Source: Selaginella moellendorffii
Lineage: Eukaryota; Plantae; Lycopodiophyta
Direction of reading: 5' to 3'
Length of the DNA stretch: 36,193 nt
Assembly: GCF_000143415.4 (NCBI RefSeq)
Contig: NW_003314264.1
Location: 1,014,437 to 1,050,629 of the forward strand
A program made the position numbers and the translations under genes. Numbering within the stretch: position 1 is the first letter of the stretch; every line of letters starts with the position of its first letter. The notes below the pieces were generated by a model, which was given only the letters and a program-made list of their open reading frames with translations, ran no database searches and was not told the DNA's origin. Positions 24,402 through 36,193 of the stretch are shown here, in pieces.

Positions 24402-25009
24402 ATAGCACATTTAGATTGATAAATATATGGCATAATTCCAAATCTAACCATAATTCCACAAAGTTATTTACTAAGCCACCTTTGACTTGCAGTTGTGAGT
24501 TTCAAGTGCACGCCACAACAAAGCTATAGCACTGACTGGTGTGCCTTGGGTGGTGTGCCATTTTGGTTATGGCTTTAAGAATTTCAACATAGACTATATA
24601 CACAATGTAAAAGTGTTGATCATGTGGTGTAAGATTGCCTTGAAGGGGGGTTGCGAGCACTTGAACATGAAGTTGTTCAAGTGATCTGCACCTTGACAGA
24701 GCAACATAAATTTGACCATGTGTGAAAACAAGTTGGGGGAGGTAAATGCCAACACAGTTGAAAGTTTGGCCTTGGGCTTTAGAAATAGTTAAGCAATAAC
24801 CCAAACAAACTGGGAATTGTCTTCAGGACATCTTGAAAGGGATTTTAACATCAGAAGGTGTAAGGGTAATACATAAAATAAAAACTCACAATCCCTTGAA
24901 TTGTCTTGTGATAATTTCACAATCTAAAACGTTTCAAGATGCTTGCTTGAGAATGAGGCAAGTGTCAGGAATCCCCCAATTCTTGCCAGATTTCTGACCT
25001 GCAGACCAC

Positions 25010-25110
25010 ATTCCTGACTCTCGAGACACTTCCCTATTCCTGACTCTCGAGATACTTCCCTATTCCTGACTCTCGAGACACTTTCCGATTCCTGAGTCTC
25101 GAGCCATATT
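25010..25110 (+). repeat. 26-bp tandem repeat in the LTR U3 region (attcctgactctcgagacacttccct, ~3.5 copies; repeated in the 3' LTR)
   Basis: Read directly. Confidence 0.9.
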
Positions 25111-25334
25111 CCTGATGATGATGTGGCCCCTCCTTGACCTCAGCTATATTTAGGCCGTCCTCGATCCAAGAGTGGTGGAGCTTCATCAACCTATAGTATA
25201 TATAGGTTAGCCTTGTTCCATTTCTCCACAATCTGAATCAACACCAGTCTAAGGCCTCTTCTTTGTTCCCACTAGCTTTTTCTCTTTGTCTTTTTGCATT
25301 TTCCAGTCTTGATCTTGTCAGGGGTCTTGACAGT

Positions 25335-25349
25335 TTGATTCAGATTGTG
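25335..25349 (+). promoter_or_regulatory. Self-priming primer-binding site
   Basis: ttgattcagattgtg is the perfect reverse complement of LTR bases 25227-25241, which lie ~25-30 nt downstream of TATATATA (25197-25204). Confidence 0.85.
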
Positions 25350-25431
25350 ATTTTTCATTTTTTGATTTAGCTCGTTTTGATTGTTTGATTACCTTTGCCT
25401 TTTTTTCCCCCTTTTTTCTTTCTTCTTGCCA

Positions 25432-28400
25432 ATGGAGTCTCCAAGCCATCCTGATTTCTTTGCTGAAGTCCTTGCAAAAATCCAGTCAGAGAATACCGAG
25501 CTGAAGGCGACCCTTCTTCGCATGCAGCAGGAGCTTGCTTCACTTTCGGCTCAAGGATCCAGCAAAGTTCCTGAACCGAAGGTGAGCTTCCCGGTGAAAT
25601 TTTCAGGCAAGCATTTGGAGCTTCGCGGATTCCTGAACCAGATGGAGTTGATCTTCGCATTTCAACATCGGCGGTACCCTACTCTCGAGTCTCAAATTGG
25701 TGTGATTGGGACGTTGCTCGAAGGTGCAGCTTTGTCATGGTTTTCTCCTCTTCTGGAGAAGAGCATGAAAGGGGTCGTGGTTCCAGAGGTGATGGATCTT
25801 CAATTGTTCAAAGAGAAGCTCGAAGCATGTTTTGGCGAGACGGATCGGGTTCGGGCTGCTACCACAAAGATGAGACGTCTCTCCCAGGGGTCTCGTCCTG
25901 CCTCGATCTACACTGCAGAGTTCCAACTCCTTGCTTTGGACACTTAGTGGGATGAGCGGGCCCTGATTGACCAATTTCATTTCGGCCTCAACAACGGTGT
26001 CAAGGATTTGTTGCTCACCATGGAGGATCCCAAGGACCTGTCGGATGCCATCAACAAAGCTGTTCGATGTGACAATCGTCTCTTTGAACATCGTCAGGAA
26101 AGTTGCCGCGCCGCTGTTTTTCCGTCCCAGACTCAGGAATCCCAGCTTGAGTCTTCGGGGCATACTCCTGAACCTACTGCTACCTGACATCACGTTCCTC
26201 TTTCTCCTACCATACGGGATTTGAGGGTTGAAGGCATCGGCGAGCATTTTGTGTCTCCATCTTCTGGACTTAGGGAAACGTTGCCCGTTCAAGTACACAT
26301 CGGGTCCACCGTCACCGATATCGCCTTCAACATCATCAACAGCAAGTCCTCCTTTGTGGTGCTTGGTCTTCTTTGGTTTCAACTACATCAGCCTCAGATC
26401 TGTTGGAAGGAATTACAGCTCATCTCTCCCACGGCTTCCCCTGCTGTTCATCGAGTCCGAATCAGGAAAAGTTCCCTAAACTTGAATCGGGGTTTTGTTC
26501 TTGACTCTATAAATTTTTCACCCTCTTCTTTTTCCTCTCTTCCATCTTACACTGGACCGTATCCTCGTCTCATCAGTCCACTTAGTCATACACCTCCTCC
26601 TATCTCCACAATCACTATGAAAGAACTCCATGAAGAACCTCTTTTTCTTTTTGCTTTGCATGTTTCTCCTGTCAGTCTTCCTGAGAAGTATCATGATTTT
26701 GGGGATGTGTTTGACAAGAAAAAAGCTAGTGTACTGCCTGTTCATCAGCCTTATGATTGTCCCATTGATTTATAGGAAGGAGCGTCACCTTCGTGGGGGC
26801 CTATCTACGGGTTATCCCCGTCCGAGCTTAAGGCCCTCAAAGAGTACGTGGATGAGAACCTTGCCTCGGGGTACATTCAGCATTCGCAGTCCCCTGCTGG
26901 AGCGCCTGTCTTCTTTGTCAAGAAGAAGGATGGGAGCTTGCGGCTAGTCATCGACTACCGATGTTTGAACAAGGTGACTGTTTGGAACCGTTATCCGCTG
27001 CCCCTGATCTCGGACCTGTTGGAACGCCTCAGTGGTGCCCGCTTCTTCACCAAGATCAACCTCCGTGGAGCATACAACCTGATCCGGATCCGGCCTGGTG
27101 ATGAATGGAAGACTGCATTCCGAACCCGCTATGGCCACTTCGAGTACACTGTCATGCCATTTGGCTTGACAAATGCTCCAGCAGTTTTCCAACACATGGC
27201 GAACGACGTCTTTCGGGAGTTTCTTGATCAGATGGTGATCGTCTACCTCGATGACATCCTCATCTACTCAAAAACTCAGGAGGAGCATGACGAACATGTA
27301 TGCAAGGTGCTAGCGAAGCTGCGAGAACACGGCCTATACGCGAAGCTTGAGAAATGTTCCTTTGATCAGCAGTCTGTGGAGTTCCTTGGGTACATTGTCA
27401 CTCATGAAGGTATCATGATGGATCCTACCAAAGTCAAGACTATTCTCGAATGGGAGCCTCCACAATCAATGTCGGACGTTCAGGTTTTCCTTGGCTTTGC
27501 CAACTTCTACCGCAAATTCATTGATCACTACTCTGACATTGTCCTTCCTCTCACACATCTCACTCGCAAGGATGTTCCCTTCTCTTGGTCTGCTGCTGCC
27601 CAGCAGGCTTTCGACACACTCAAGGCAGCCTTCAGTTCTGCTCCTGTCTTGATCCATGCTGATTCCTCACAACCTTTCTTCATCGAGGCTGATGCCTCTA
27701 ACTTTGCCATTGGTGCTGTGCTGTCTCAACTCGGAGCGGATCACGAACTTCATCCGGTCGCTTTCCATTCTCGGAAATTCCAGCCTGTGGAGATCAATTA
27801 CGAAATCCACGACAAGGAGCTCCTTGCCATCGTGGATTCCTTTGGAGAGTGACGCCGTTTCTTGGAGGGGGCGAGCCATCAAACAACAGTCTGGACGGAT
27901 CACAAAAATCTCGAGTACTTTGCCACTTCCCAAGTTTTAAGCCGTCGTCAAGCAAGGTGGGCACAATTCCTAAGTCAGTTTGACTTTGTTATCAAGTACA
28001 GACCTGGAAAGTTTCAAGGCCTTCCTGATGCTCTTTCAAGGCGCTCCTATCTCAGTCTCAGGCCTGGTAATCCTGCCTTCAATCAACAGGATCAAGTTAT
28101 CCTCGGTCCTGATCGGCTTCAAGTTATGGCAATTTCCCTAGCCCCTCAGGACTCCTCCTTGATGGATGCAATCAGAAACGATCTTCAATCCGATGATCTC
28201 GCTAGCGACATTTTCCCCCATCTTCAAGCTGGACACCCAGTGACTCCCGATTGCCGGCGATTTGACGAGTTCGAGTTCTTAGATGGCTTATTGTACCGTG
28301 GGGAGCAGCTTTACGTTCCTGAAGGTGATGTTCGAAGGTTGGTCCTGATGGCGTGCCACGATAGCCCGACTGCTGGTCACTTCGGCATTGCAAAACCCTA

Positions 28401-29709
28401 TGAGCTAGTTGCACGGGACTTTTGGTGGCCTCACATGGACGACTACATCAAAGCTTTTGTTACCTCCTGTGACACTTGTGCCCGGAATAAGGTACCTCGC
28501 CATCTTCCTTCAGGTTTGCTTCGTTCCCTTCCGGTCCCTTCAGGTCCTTAGGAATCCATCTCCATGGATTTCTTGAGTGATCTTCCGAGTTCTGGAGGCT
28601 TCAACAACATTTTAGTCGTGGTGGATCGCTTCACAAAGATGGCGCACTTCTTGCCATGTACCAAGGAGTTTTCGGGCGAGGACATGGCAAAACTGGTATT
28701 CAGGGAAATTTTCTGACTTCATGGGATTCCTACAGATGTGGTTTCGGATCGAGGGCCTCAGTTCATCTCTCACATCTGGCAACGGTTTTTGCAGCTGATT
28801 GGAGTGAAGGCCAACCTCTCTTCGGCATATCATCCTCAAACTGATGGGCAGTCCGAGCGAACGATTCAGACGTTGGAACAATTCTTGAGGTGCTTCATCA
28901 ACTATCATCAGGATAACTAGTTCAATATCCTTCCCCTTGCTGAGTTCTCTTATAACAACTCTGTTCACTCCTCTCTTTGAGTTTCCCCCTTCTTTGCGAA
29001 CTCTGGCCGAAATCCTCGATTCAATCTCTCACTTCCTTCTCCATCTGAATCCTCTCGTTCAAATCCCCGCTCTGAAGCATTTATCTCCAACCTCCAGGAA
29101 ATCCACAACTCCATCTCCTTCCACCTCCATCGTGCTCAGGAATCTCATAAAACATTTGCCAATGTCCATCGTCAGGATTGTCCCCCTTACAATATCGGGG
29201 ATAAAGTCTGGCTCCTCAGGCGAAATATCTCCACCACCAGGCCCTGTCCAAAACTCGATTTCAAATGCCTTGGTCCTTTCCCTATCACTGCCATCATTAA
29301 TCCTGTCACTTATCGCCTTGCACTTCCCTCCTCATATCAAATTCACCCCGTTTTTCACTCCTCTCTCCTTGAGCCTTATATTCCCAGTCCTATTCCAAAT
29401 CGGGTCATTCCTCCGCCTCCACCAGTGCAGCTCGAGGATGGGTCTGAGTACGAGGTTCAGGACATCCTTGATTCCAAGATTTCACGGTCTAAACTCTACT
29501 ATCTGGTGGACTGGAAGGGTTACGGACCTGAGGAACGCACTTGGGAACCTGCGGACAACCTGATTCATTCTTCTGACCTTGTTCAGGATTTCTACCGCCG
29601 CTATCCTTCTCGTCCCAGTCCTCATTCTTTTTCTCCATCTTCCATCCCTCGCCGCTCATCTCATCCTCCTCTTCGTTCTCGTTCACATCCTCGTTCCAGT
29701 CATTCTTGA
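25432..29709 (+). pseudogene. Single-frame gag-pol (Gag, partial PR, RT, RNase H, IN, chromodomain) with 8 premature stops
   Basis: PVKFSG..LRGFL gag, VVLGLLW protease C-half, YLDD, EADAS/DKELL, H..H/C..C zinc finger, SDRGPQF, GPF and chromodomain YEVQDILD..YYLVDWKGYGPEERTWEP. All lie in one frame. Confidence 0.95.
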
Positions 29710-32115
29710 GGAGGGGGTGCTGTCAGGAATCCCCCAATTCTTGCCATATTCCTGACCTGCAGACCACATTCCTGACTCTCGAGACACTTCCCTATTCCTG
29801 ACTCTCGAGATACTTCCCTATTCCTGACTCTCGAGACACTTTCCGATTCCTAAGTCTCGAGCCATATTCCTGATGATGATGTGGCACCTCCTCGACCTCA
29901 GCTATATTTAGGCCGTCCTCGATCCAAGAGTGGTGGAGCTTCATCAACCTATAGTATATATAGGTTAGCCTTGTTCCATTTCTCCACAATCTGAATCAAC
30001 GCCAGTCTAAGGCTTCTTCTTTGTTCCCACTAGCTTTTTCTCTTTGTCTTTTTGCATTTTCCAGTCTTGATCTTGTCAGGGGTCTTGACAGCAAGTGCCA
30101 TTGCATAAACCAATTTGTGGAGATATATTCCTAAGAAGAATCAAAATCACATTCTGTTTTAGAATTAATTTGTGTGGTGGTAATCCCGATGGGGTGATTG
30201 AATTTAAGAATTCAATTGGGAACTCTTTATGGTGACCTGAGTCAACCGGATCAATGCTCAAGTAAACATATGGATCATTTGGTATCATCAATGGTTCATT
30301 ATTTATTTTGAATGTGTTGTCATTAAGTGGGGTGAAAATAACCTTTGATGCAACTGTATAAGTGTTTATAATATCATCAGTATTTGAGAAAACAAAGTTT
30401 ACAACAAGTGTAAAAATAGATAATGCATGTGGTATTTTGATAATATCTAGTGGGAGACATAGCAACTGCAAACTACTATCACCATTGCCAAGTTTAAGAA
30501 GCCATTCAGAAAAACAAAGATTGCTTGAATGCATGTTCTTTGTTAGTGTTAGTGTTGTAAAGAGTGACTATAGTCTATTCATTTTGACTGAGCTTAAAAT
30601 AATAAAAGTTCTATGGCCATAGGAAACAATAGGAAGGGTTTGATGAAAGTCACCATTTGTAATCACTGCAACACCTCCAAAATGGTTTAAAATTACATTT
30701 AAGATGCTTTAAACATTTATCAACCATAGAGAAAGCATGTGTGTGGACCATATTAATTTCATCCCATATGAGAACATTTGATTGTTTAAGTTTTTCCAGC
30801 ATCACTATTAATTGTTAAAGCAGAAATAGAAGTTTCATTTAAAGGAACAGGAAGTTCAAAAGTTGTATGTGCCGTTTGACCATATTTTAGCAAAATGCTT
30901 GCAATCCCAGTTCATACCATACTGATTACTTTTTTAAAAAAAAATTGTAATGCTGTAATGATGGTATTAAGTAGAAAAGTTTTCCCAATACCACCAGATC
31001 CATCAATAAAAAAACATAGTCAATGGCATTTATAATAAGTTCAAAAATATAATGTTGTTTATAACTAAATTGATTTATGTTTGTATTGATTTTGTCTTGT
31101 GATGGATTAGGGATCTCTATATTAAGCATGTGTCTGATAATAGGAGTAAGAGTTGGGAGTGGTAAACCAAAATCACAATTAAATTTCTTGTGTAGTTGGA
31201 ATTTTGAGTTAATATTGACTAAAGCAATATTAAAATAGTTTATATCATTTCTAGCATAATCCTTAGACATATCAATTTTGAATTGATCCCATAATAAATT
31301 TGGATATTTTCGTAAATAATAGAAACAAATAAAAATAAATAACTGTCTTAATTGGGATGGCATTTTAAAAGTAGAAGCTTCTTGCATGCAATGTTGCCAT
31401 TCTGAATCATCTACTAAAAGTCCCATTGCCATAGCTGCTTGTTTGAAAGAGGAGAAAATAACACCTTCGATAGTACATATATCCTCAAATGATATAGCAG
31501 CTTTTTTATGGAGTAATATAAGCCACAAGTAGTACAACTCACTATTAGAAGGAGATATAGAATATATTCTTGGTATGAGTTTAGCTTTTTGCTAGCGTAA
31601 TTGCCATTTATGAGAGGATTTGTTATATGTGTAATATAACAAAATTTGAGCATACATGTATTGCCTTGCATTAGTATCTTGCATGTTTAAATTGAACCAT
31701 TGTGTAAGCATTTTTCCATTTTAAATGGCTCTTTCTAGTGCTTCTTGTTTATGACCTGGTTTGAAATAAACGTTTTGAAAATTAGGTAAATGAACTAGAA
31801 GGCATATAATAGTTAGTGATTTATCATACATAAAACTTAAATATATGCCACATGGCTTTGAGAGCAGAAATATATCAAGCATTGACAAAACTTGAGATTT
31901 TGTCCCAATTTAAAGTCCTTCATTCTTCAAATGTAATTAGAAATTCTAATGTTGCACAGTCATAACCTTTGTATACATATTGAAATAAATATTTAATACT
32001 TTTAATAAAAGTGCAGATCTTTACATTTATATGTGTTTTATATTTCTTACAAAGGTATTTATTATAAGGAACAACCCATCTATTGTCAATAGTACAACAA
32101 CTTTTTGTGAAAGTG

Positions 32116-32347
32116 TGTTATGATCCGGCACAAAAAGACAGAGATCTAGTCACTCTAGACTATGCTATGCCACCTCTTGAGGTTCTTCACCACCCAACCA
32201 CCCCCGAGCTACCTCAAAAGCTCCACTGCGCCGCTGCTCCACTATGAGCCCTAGGGTAGGTTAGTCCCTTACCCTAACATGCCTTAATATACCCTTGAGC
32301 CTCCCTTTGACCAATGTTGACCACGTAGTCAAAGTTGGCGCCTAACA
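32116..32347. mobile_element. Solo LTR (232 bp) with 5-bp TSD AAGTG inside the Helitron Rep region
   Basis: TGTTA...TAACA termini with AAGTG at 32111-32115 and 32348-32352. Confidence 0.9.
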
Positions 32348-32999
32348 AAGTGCATTTGTTATTGGGTCGATAGTAATTAGTATAACCATCAACACAATAA
32401 ATGGTTTTAACATTAAATTCTTTTAGATAATTCTTAGAGAATTTGTTATTTTCTATACAACGGCTTCTAGGATTTAAATTACCATATGAACCATATATCA
32501 TATGATTTATAATTATGTTATGCAATTCTGGTTTTAGCAGTGGGTGTGGCAATTGTGTGGTGACAAATTCATTAACTAAGTCATGGATTTTTATCTTGTC
32601 TTTGCTTGATAACATTGCAAAGAAATGACAATGAGGCAAACCTCTTTTCTAGAATTCAATAGCAAAAACTTATGTGATGCTGTTTATGTAGGAATTCTTT
32701 AAGTTTTAAGTTGAAAACTCTTGAAATAAGATCAGGTTGATCCTCAAGTGATTCATTTAGCTGTAAGTTTTGTATAATTTCAGGCCATTTTGGGTTGTAT
32801 GTAAATGTAATAAATAAGTTTTCCAAAAATGTGTGACAATAGCAATAGCATCTTAATAATGTTGTTGCATTGCTCGTGGGCTACCAAGAAATGTAAAAGG
32901 CAAAATTATAACTTTGGGTAACTTTTCCTCAATCAAGTTTGCATAACCAATCCCTTGTGGTTTCTAGGCTCGAAGCAAGAACGTTGCATGCCTCAATAG

Positions 33000-34600
33000 C
33001 AGTAGACACTATGCAGGAAACACCTTGCGAGCAAGCACCCAAGCACTTGATGTTCTGCAATTGGTACAACCAACAGTCCCGCGAGACACACGCCAGTCAA
33101 TAGATTTTCTAAACTTTGAAGTAGAGACATCAACTCCAATACCATCCCATCCACAGCTCCTGACTGCATTTGAGCAAGCAGAGTGCCGCCTAACATTGTA
33201 TACACTACAACATATGTGGAACCTCTAGCATGTTTCATTCTCCTCGCCTTCCTTGAAAAGTAGTAGCCTAAGCTTCCGAAATGAGCAAATCCAAATGCCT
33301 CATGCCCATAGTGTTGTTCAATTTGGAACGTTGCCACCAACACCAACTACAAGACGCCCTTATAGAAGCCTATATAGTGCCACTACTACCAGCCTTGCAA
33401 CACCACCAGCTGCTACAACTCTTGCAACTCCATCTACCAGTACAAGTGCCAATACCTGGCCATCTACCTCCCGAAGCAACAAACTGTCTAACTTGGTAAG
33501 TTTTTCATTTGTGCCTATCTTTTTTCCATGTGTTTTTCTGCATAGGGTGAGTTGAAAATGCCGCCACACCAGTGAGCTCATAGTTCCCCATCAGCATTCC
33601 ACAACTACTCCCAAGGATCGACATCGTTATCTAGTGGAGCTTTAACATCCAAATATATTCAAGCTGACCCTTGATACGGGCTGCTGGTATAACATGACCC
33701 CATGCACTCTTCAATTTTTTTTTCTTTGGATTTGTTTGACTCATTTTTGTTTCACTGTGCTATACTCTCTCACCACTTGTGGCTGTAGTGCACACCTATG
33801 CCGATAACAATCGGCAGTCTTTATCTTATCGTCATGGATGTCATGGCAGTCGATCCAAAGTCATTGGTGGGATGTCGTTTACAACACCCTTAGTCCCCCG
33901 GCCATTCACCACAGTCCTTGTCACCAAGTGGATTGCAATCCCAAAGACTTGGCATGTACACTTGTATGGGCAGAAAAGAGAGCCATTTGTGAAAGTGACG
34001 GAACTTGACGAGTTGGCAGTGGACCTCCCAGAGTGTCTCATATAGAGTGGCTTATACTCCAGTATTCTTTTTCAGCCCGGCATGGCCCAACATGCAATTC
34101 TATTATCACTCCAAGCCTCAGGAATCTAACCTTCATCCATGACCAACCTAGGAGCATTTGTCCGGCGTGCAAGGCAGTCCAATGGTGGTGAGGCCCATGC
34201 CGAGTTTGCAAAATTTGGCCTCAGCTCTATCTGGCCTTACTACTTGCCTCCTCAAACATCATAGTGAGCTATAGCAAACAAGGCCAATGGCAACCAAGCA
34301 ACAGTAATATACCTATACAATGTTATGGAGCATCTTATTGACAAACATTGGCTAAGTTATCAAAAGCAAGCCCGAACACTCGAAGAGAAGGATGTTCATG
34401 AATGTAAATCATTATTTATTTTAAGTTCCCTCCTCACAAATATATATTGTGGTATTTGCAGTTGTAGCTACTACAAATACTTGACTACAAATGATGATTC
34501 CTCGATGATAGAGCCATTTCTCCTGAGGCCAGCCACATAGGAACCAAACCAAGACAAGAATAATGAAGAAAAAGATTCTGTGAATGAAGAGGATATTCTT
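33000..34600 (+). pseudogene. Unidentified decayed, apparently spliced coding remnant
   Basis: Short ORFs in series, a Thr/Ser/Pro-rich stretch and a ~48-bp gtaag...catag intron-like segment (~33497-33544). No recognisable domain. Confidence 0.3.
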
Positions 34601-35560
34601 CCATTGCCATAACAAACTCTCCCCACACAAGATAATATGGACATCATTGGAGTTGAAGAACAAGGTGAAACCTCCTCATGCTCCAGTATGATGAAGTTGG
34701 CACTATTCTGAATGGTTAACTAAATAGCTTCATTAAATGCATTGGTGGCATCAATCCATTGTTGTTAACTCTCTAACAACCTACATGCAAATGTTAGTTC
34801 AATTTTGAATGACATAATTTTCAATTATCTTACTCTACTGTAAAAAAGTTGTCAAGCAACTCCATAAGAGTAAGCGGAGTGGAGCTACTTCCCTCTAGAA
34901 AGGGAGGTGGAGGCACACCATGGTCTTCAAGGCCTCTGCCATCATTATCATACACTACTATTAGCCTATCTACACTTACAAATTAGAAAATGAAGGAAAT
35001 ATTCATTTATGTTAATGCTTTTTACCAACTTATGGCTTGGAGCCATTATCTCTAGTGACAAGGATGTCTTTGGAGATTTTTAGTGCAGTTCATCCCCAGG
35101 AGGAGTGCAAATAGAATGAGAAATTCATATTGCAACATCAAAATGATTGAGGTTAGTTTGCTATTGCTTGACACCTGAGTCTTCTTCATATAATATCTCG
35201 AGTCTGAGTAAATTGAACCTTTCTACAAAATATGATTTACAAGATGCCACCACAACCTTTGAGGTGAGGGCACAGGGGGATGTTGAAGTTCTCTCATAGG
35301 TGCAATGGCTAAAACACAAGCTTCTTGGCTGCTTTGGCGTGGAGAGTGTGAGACAAAAAATCCCTAGGCCCCAAAGTGGAGCCTAAAGGGTGCCACGTGG
35401 TAGTGGCTAAAGCAAAAGCTAAACGAACATAACACATTTGGACTAAAAGCTCTGACTTGAAAGGTCAAGAGTGGGAGTGGAACTCCCAACAAAGTGGTCG
35501 AGGAACAAGCACAAAGCAAGCAATAAGTGAGTCTTTAGAAAAGGGACATAAGAGGAGTTC

Positions 35561-36026
35561 AAGATGGACCGAGATGGAGTCCGAGATGGACCCAAGATGG
35601 AGTCCAAGATGGACCCAAGATGGAGTCTGAGATGGAATTTGAGATGGACCGAGATGGAGTCCAAGATGGACCTGAGATGGAGTCTGAGATAGACTCGAGA
35701 TGGACCTGTGCTGGAGTCCAAGATGGACCCAAGATGGAGTCCGAGATGGACCTGAGATGGACCCGAGATGGAGTCCCAGATGGACCCAAGATGGACCCGA
35801 GATGGAGTCCCAGATGGACCCGAGATGGAGTCCCAGATGGACCCGAGATGGAGTCTGAGATGGAATCCGAGATAAAGTCCGAGGAGGACCCGAGATGGAG
35901 TCTGAGGTCGAGATCGAGACCGAGACCGGAACTGAGACCGAGACCGAGACTGGGACCGAGACCAAGACTAAGACCAAGACCAAGACTGAGCCCAAGCTCG
36001 AGTCCGAGTCCGAGTTCGAGTCTGAG
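35561..36026 (+). repeat. Compound minisatellite (10-12-bp gagatggagtcc/gagatggaccc units grading into gagacc/gagtcc hexamers)
   Basis: Read directly. Confidence 0.9.
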
Positions 36027-36059
36027 GCAGTGAAAGCCCAAAGTGTTCATCTCCCAGAC

Positions 36060-36193
36060 CCTAGGGGGTTTGGTGAGCTCCAAAAGTATAGTAGGGGGAA
36101 GACTCTAGTGGAGCCAATTTGGCCAGGAAAGGCTTTGTCCCAAGAAGGCTGTACCCAGGTGTGGGGTGATGGGATAACCACTACTAGAGTGAA
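36060..36193 (+). mobile_element. Probable LTR fragment related to the 15-18.7 kb remnants
   Basis: tagggggt..tccaaaagtataRtaggg is shared with ~18234-18259, and tggga..acca..ctagagtgaa is shared with ~14985-15007. Confidence 0.5.

Larger units (their letters stand above)
24963..30090 (+). mobile_element. Chromovirus (Tcn1/Tf1-like Ty3/Gypsy) LTR retrotransposon, 5-bp TSD GCAAG
   Basis: 370-bp LTRs at 24963-25332 and 29721-30090 with 7 differences by eye (~98%). TSD at 24958-24962 and 30091-30095. PPT gaggaggggg before 29721. Confidence 0.97.
24560..32940 (-). mobile_element. Helitron Rep-Pif1 helicase pseudogene, interrupted by two LTR insertions
   Basis: HUH motif KRGLPHCH (~32625-32650), Y2-like KYLFQYVYKGYD (~31965-32000), GSPRAMQQHY, Walker A FIDGSGGIGKT (~30980-31012), GLPPHKLILK..LRNI..GLCNGT and TISKAQGQT..FTHGQIYVALSR. 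Many stops and frameshifts; element termini not identified. Confidence 0.92.

Noticed and set aside
25010-25110. CRISPR-like 26-bp repeats
   Set aside because: Head-to-tail with no unique spacers, present in both LTRs, eukaryotic context, and no cas genes.
28937-29563. 208-aa ORF overlapping the integrase
   Set aside because: An alternative-frame shadow in pyrimidine-rich sequence; the pol frame carries the conserved motifs.
35443-36083. Four ORFs of 92-176 aa
   Set aside because: They are by-products of a stop-poor minisatellite, open on both strands.

Overview
Eukaryotic, repeat-rich plant DNA with two 100-N assembly gaps. It is probably from a non-seed plant such as the lycophyte Selaginella (inferred from PLS/DYW-type PPR fragments, ~50-bp introns and a Tcn1-like chromovirus). 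Only one gene looks intact: a spliced ~988-aa Crinkler/RHS (CR)-type P-loop NTPase + PD-(D/E)xK nuclease (3030-6050) with a coiled-coil/NLS N-terminus. An inverted, decayed copy of its 3' end (1-334) brackets it. It is preceded by a long fold-back structure (arms 630-1232 and 2167-2554) whose loop fuses a copy of the gene's 5' end to a PPR fragment. The rest is nested mobile DNA: a decayed Gypsy element and a related solo LTR with 4-bp TSDs, a decayed L1-type LINE, older Gypsy remnants, four PPR pseudogene fragments, a 674-bp TRIM, and a terminal minisatellite. A Helitron Rep-helicase pseudogene is interrupted by a young self-priming chromovirus and a solo LTR.
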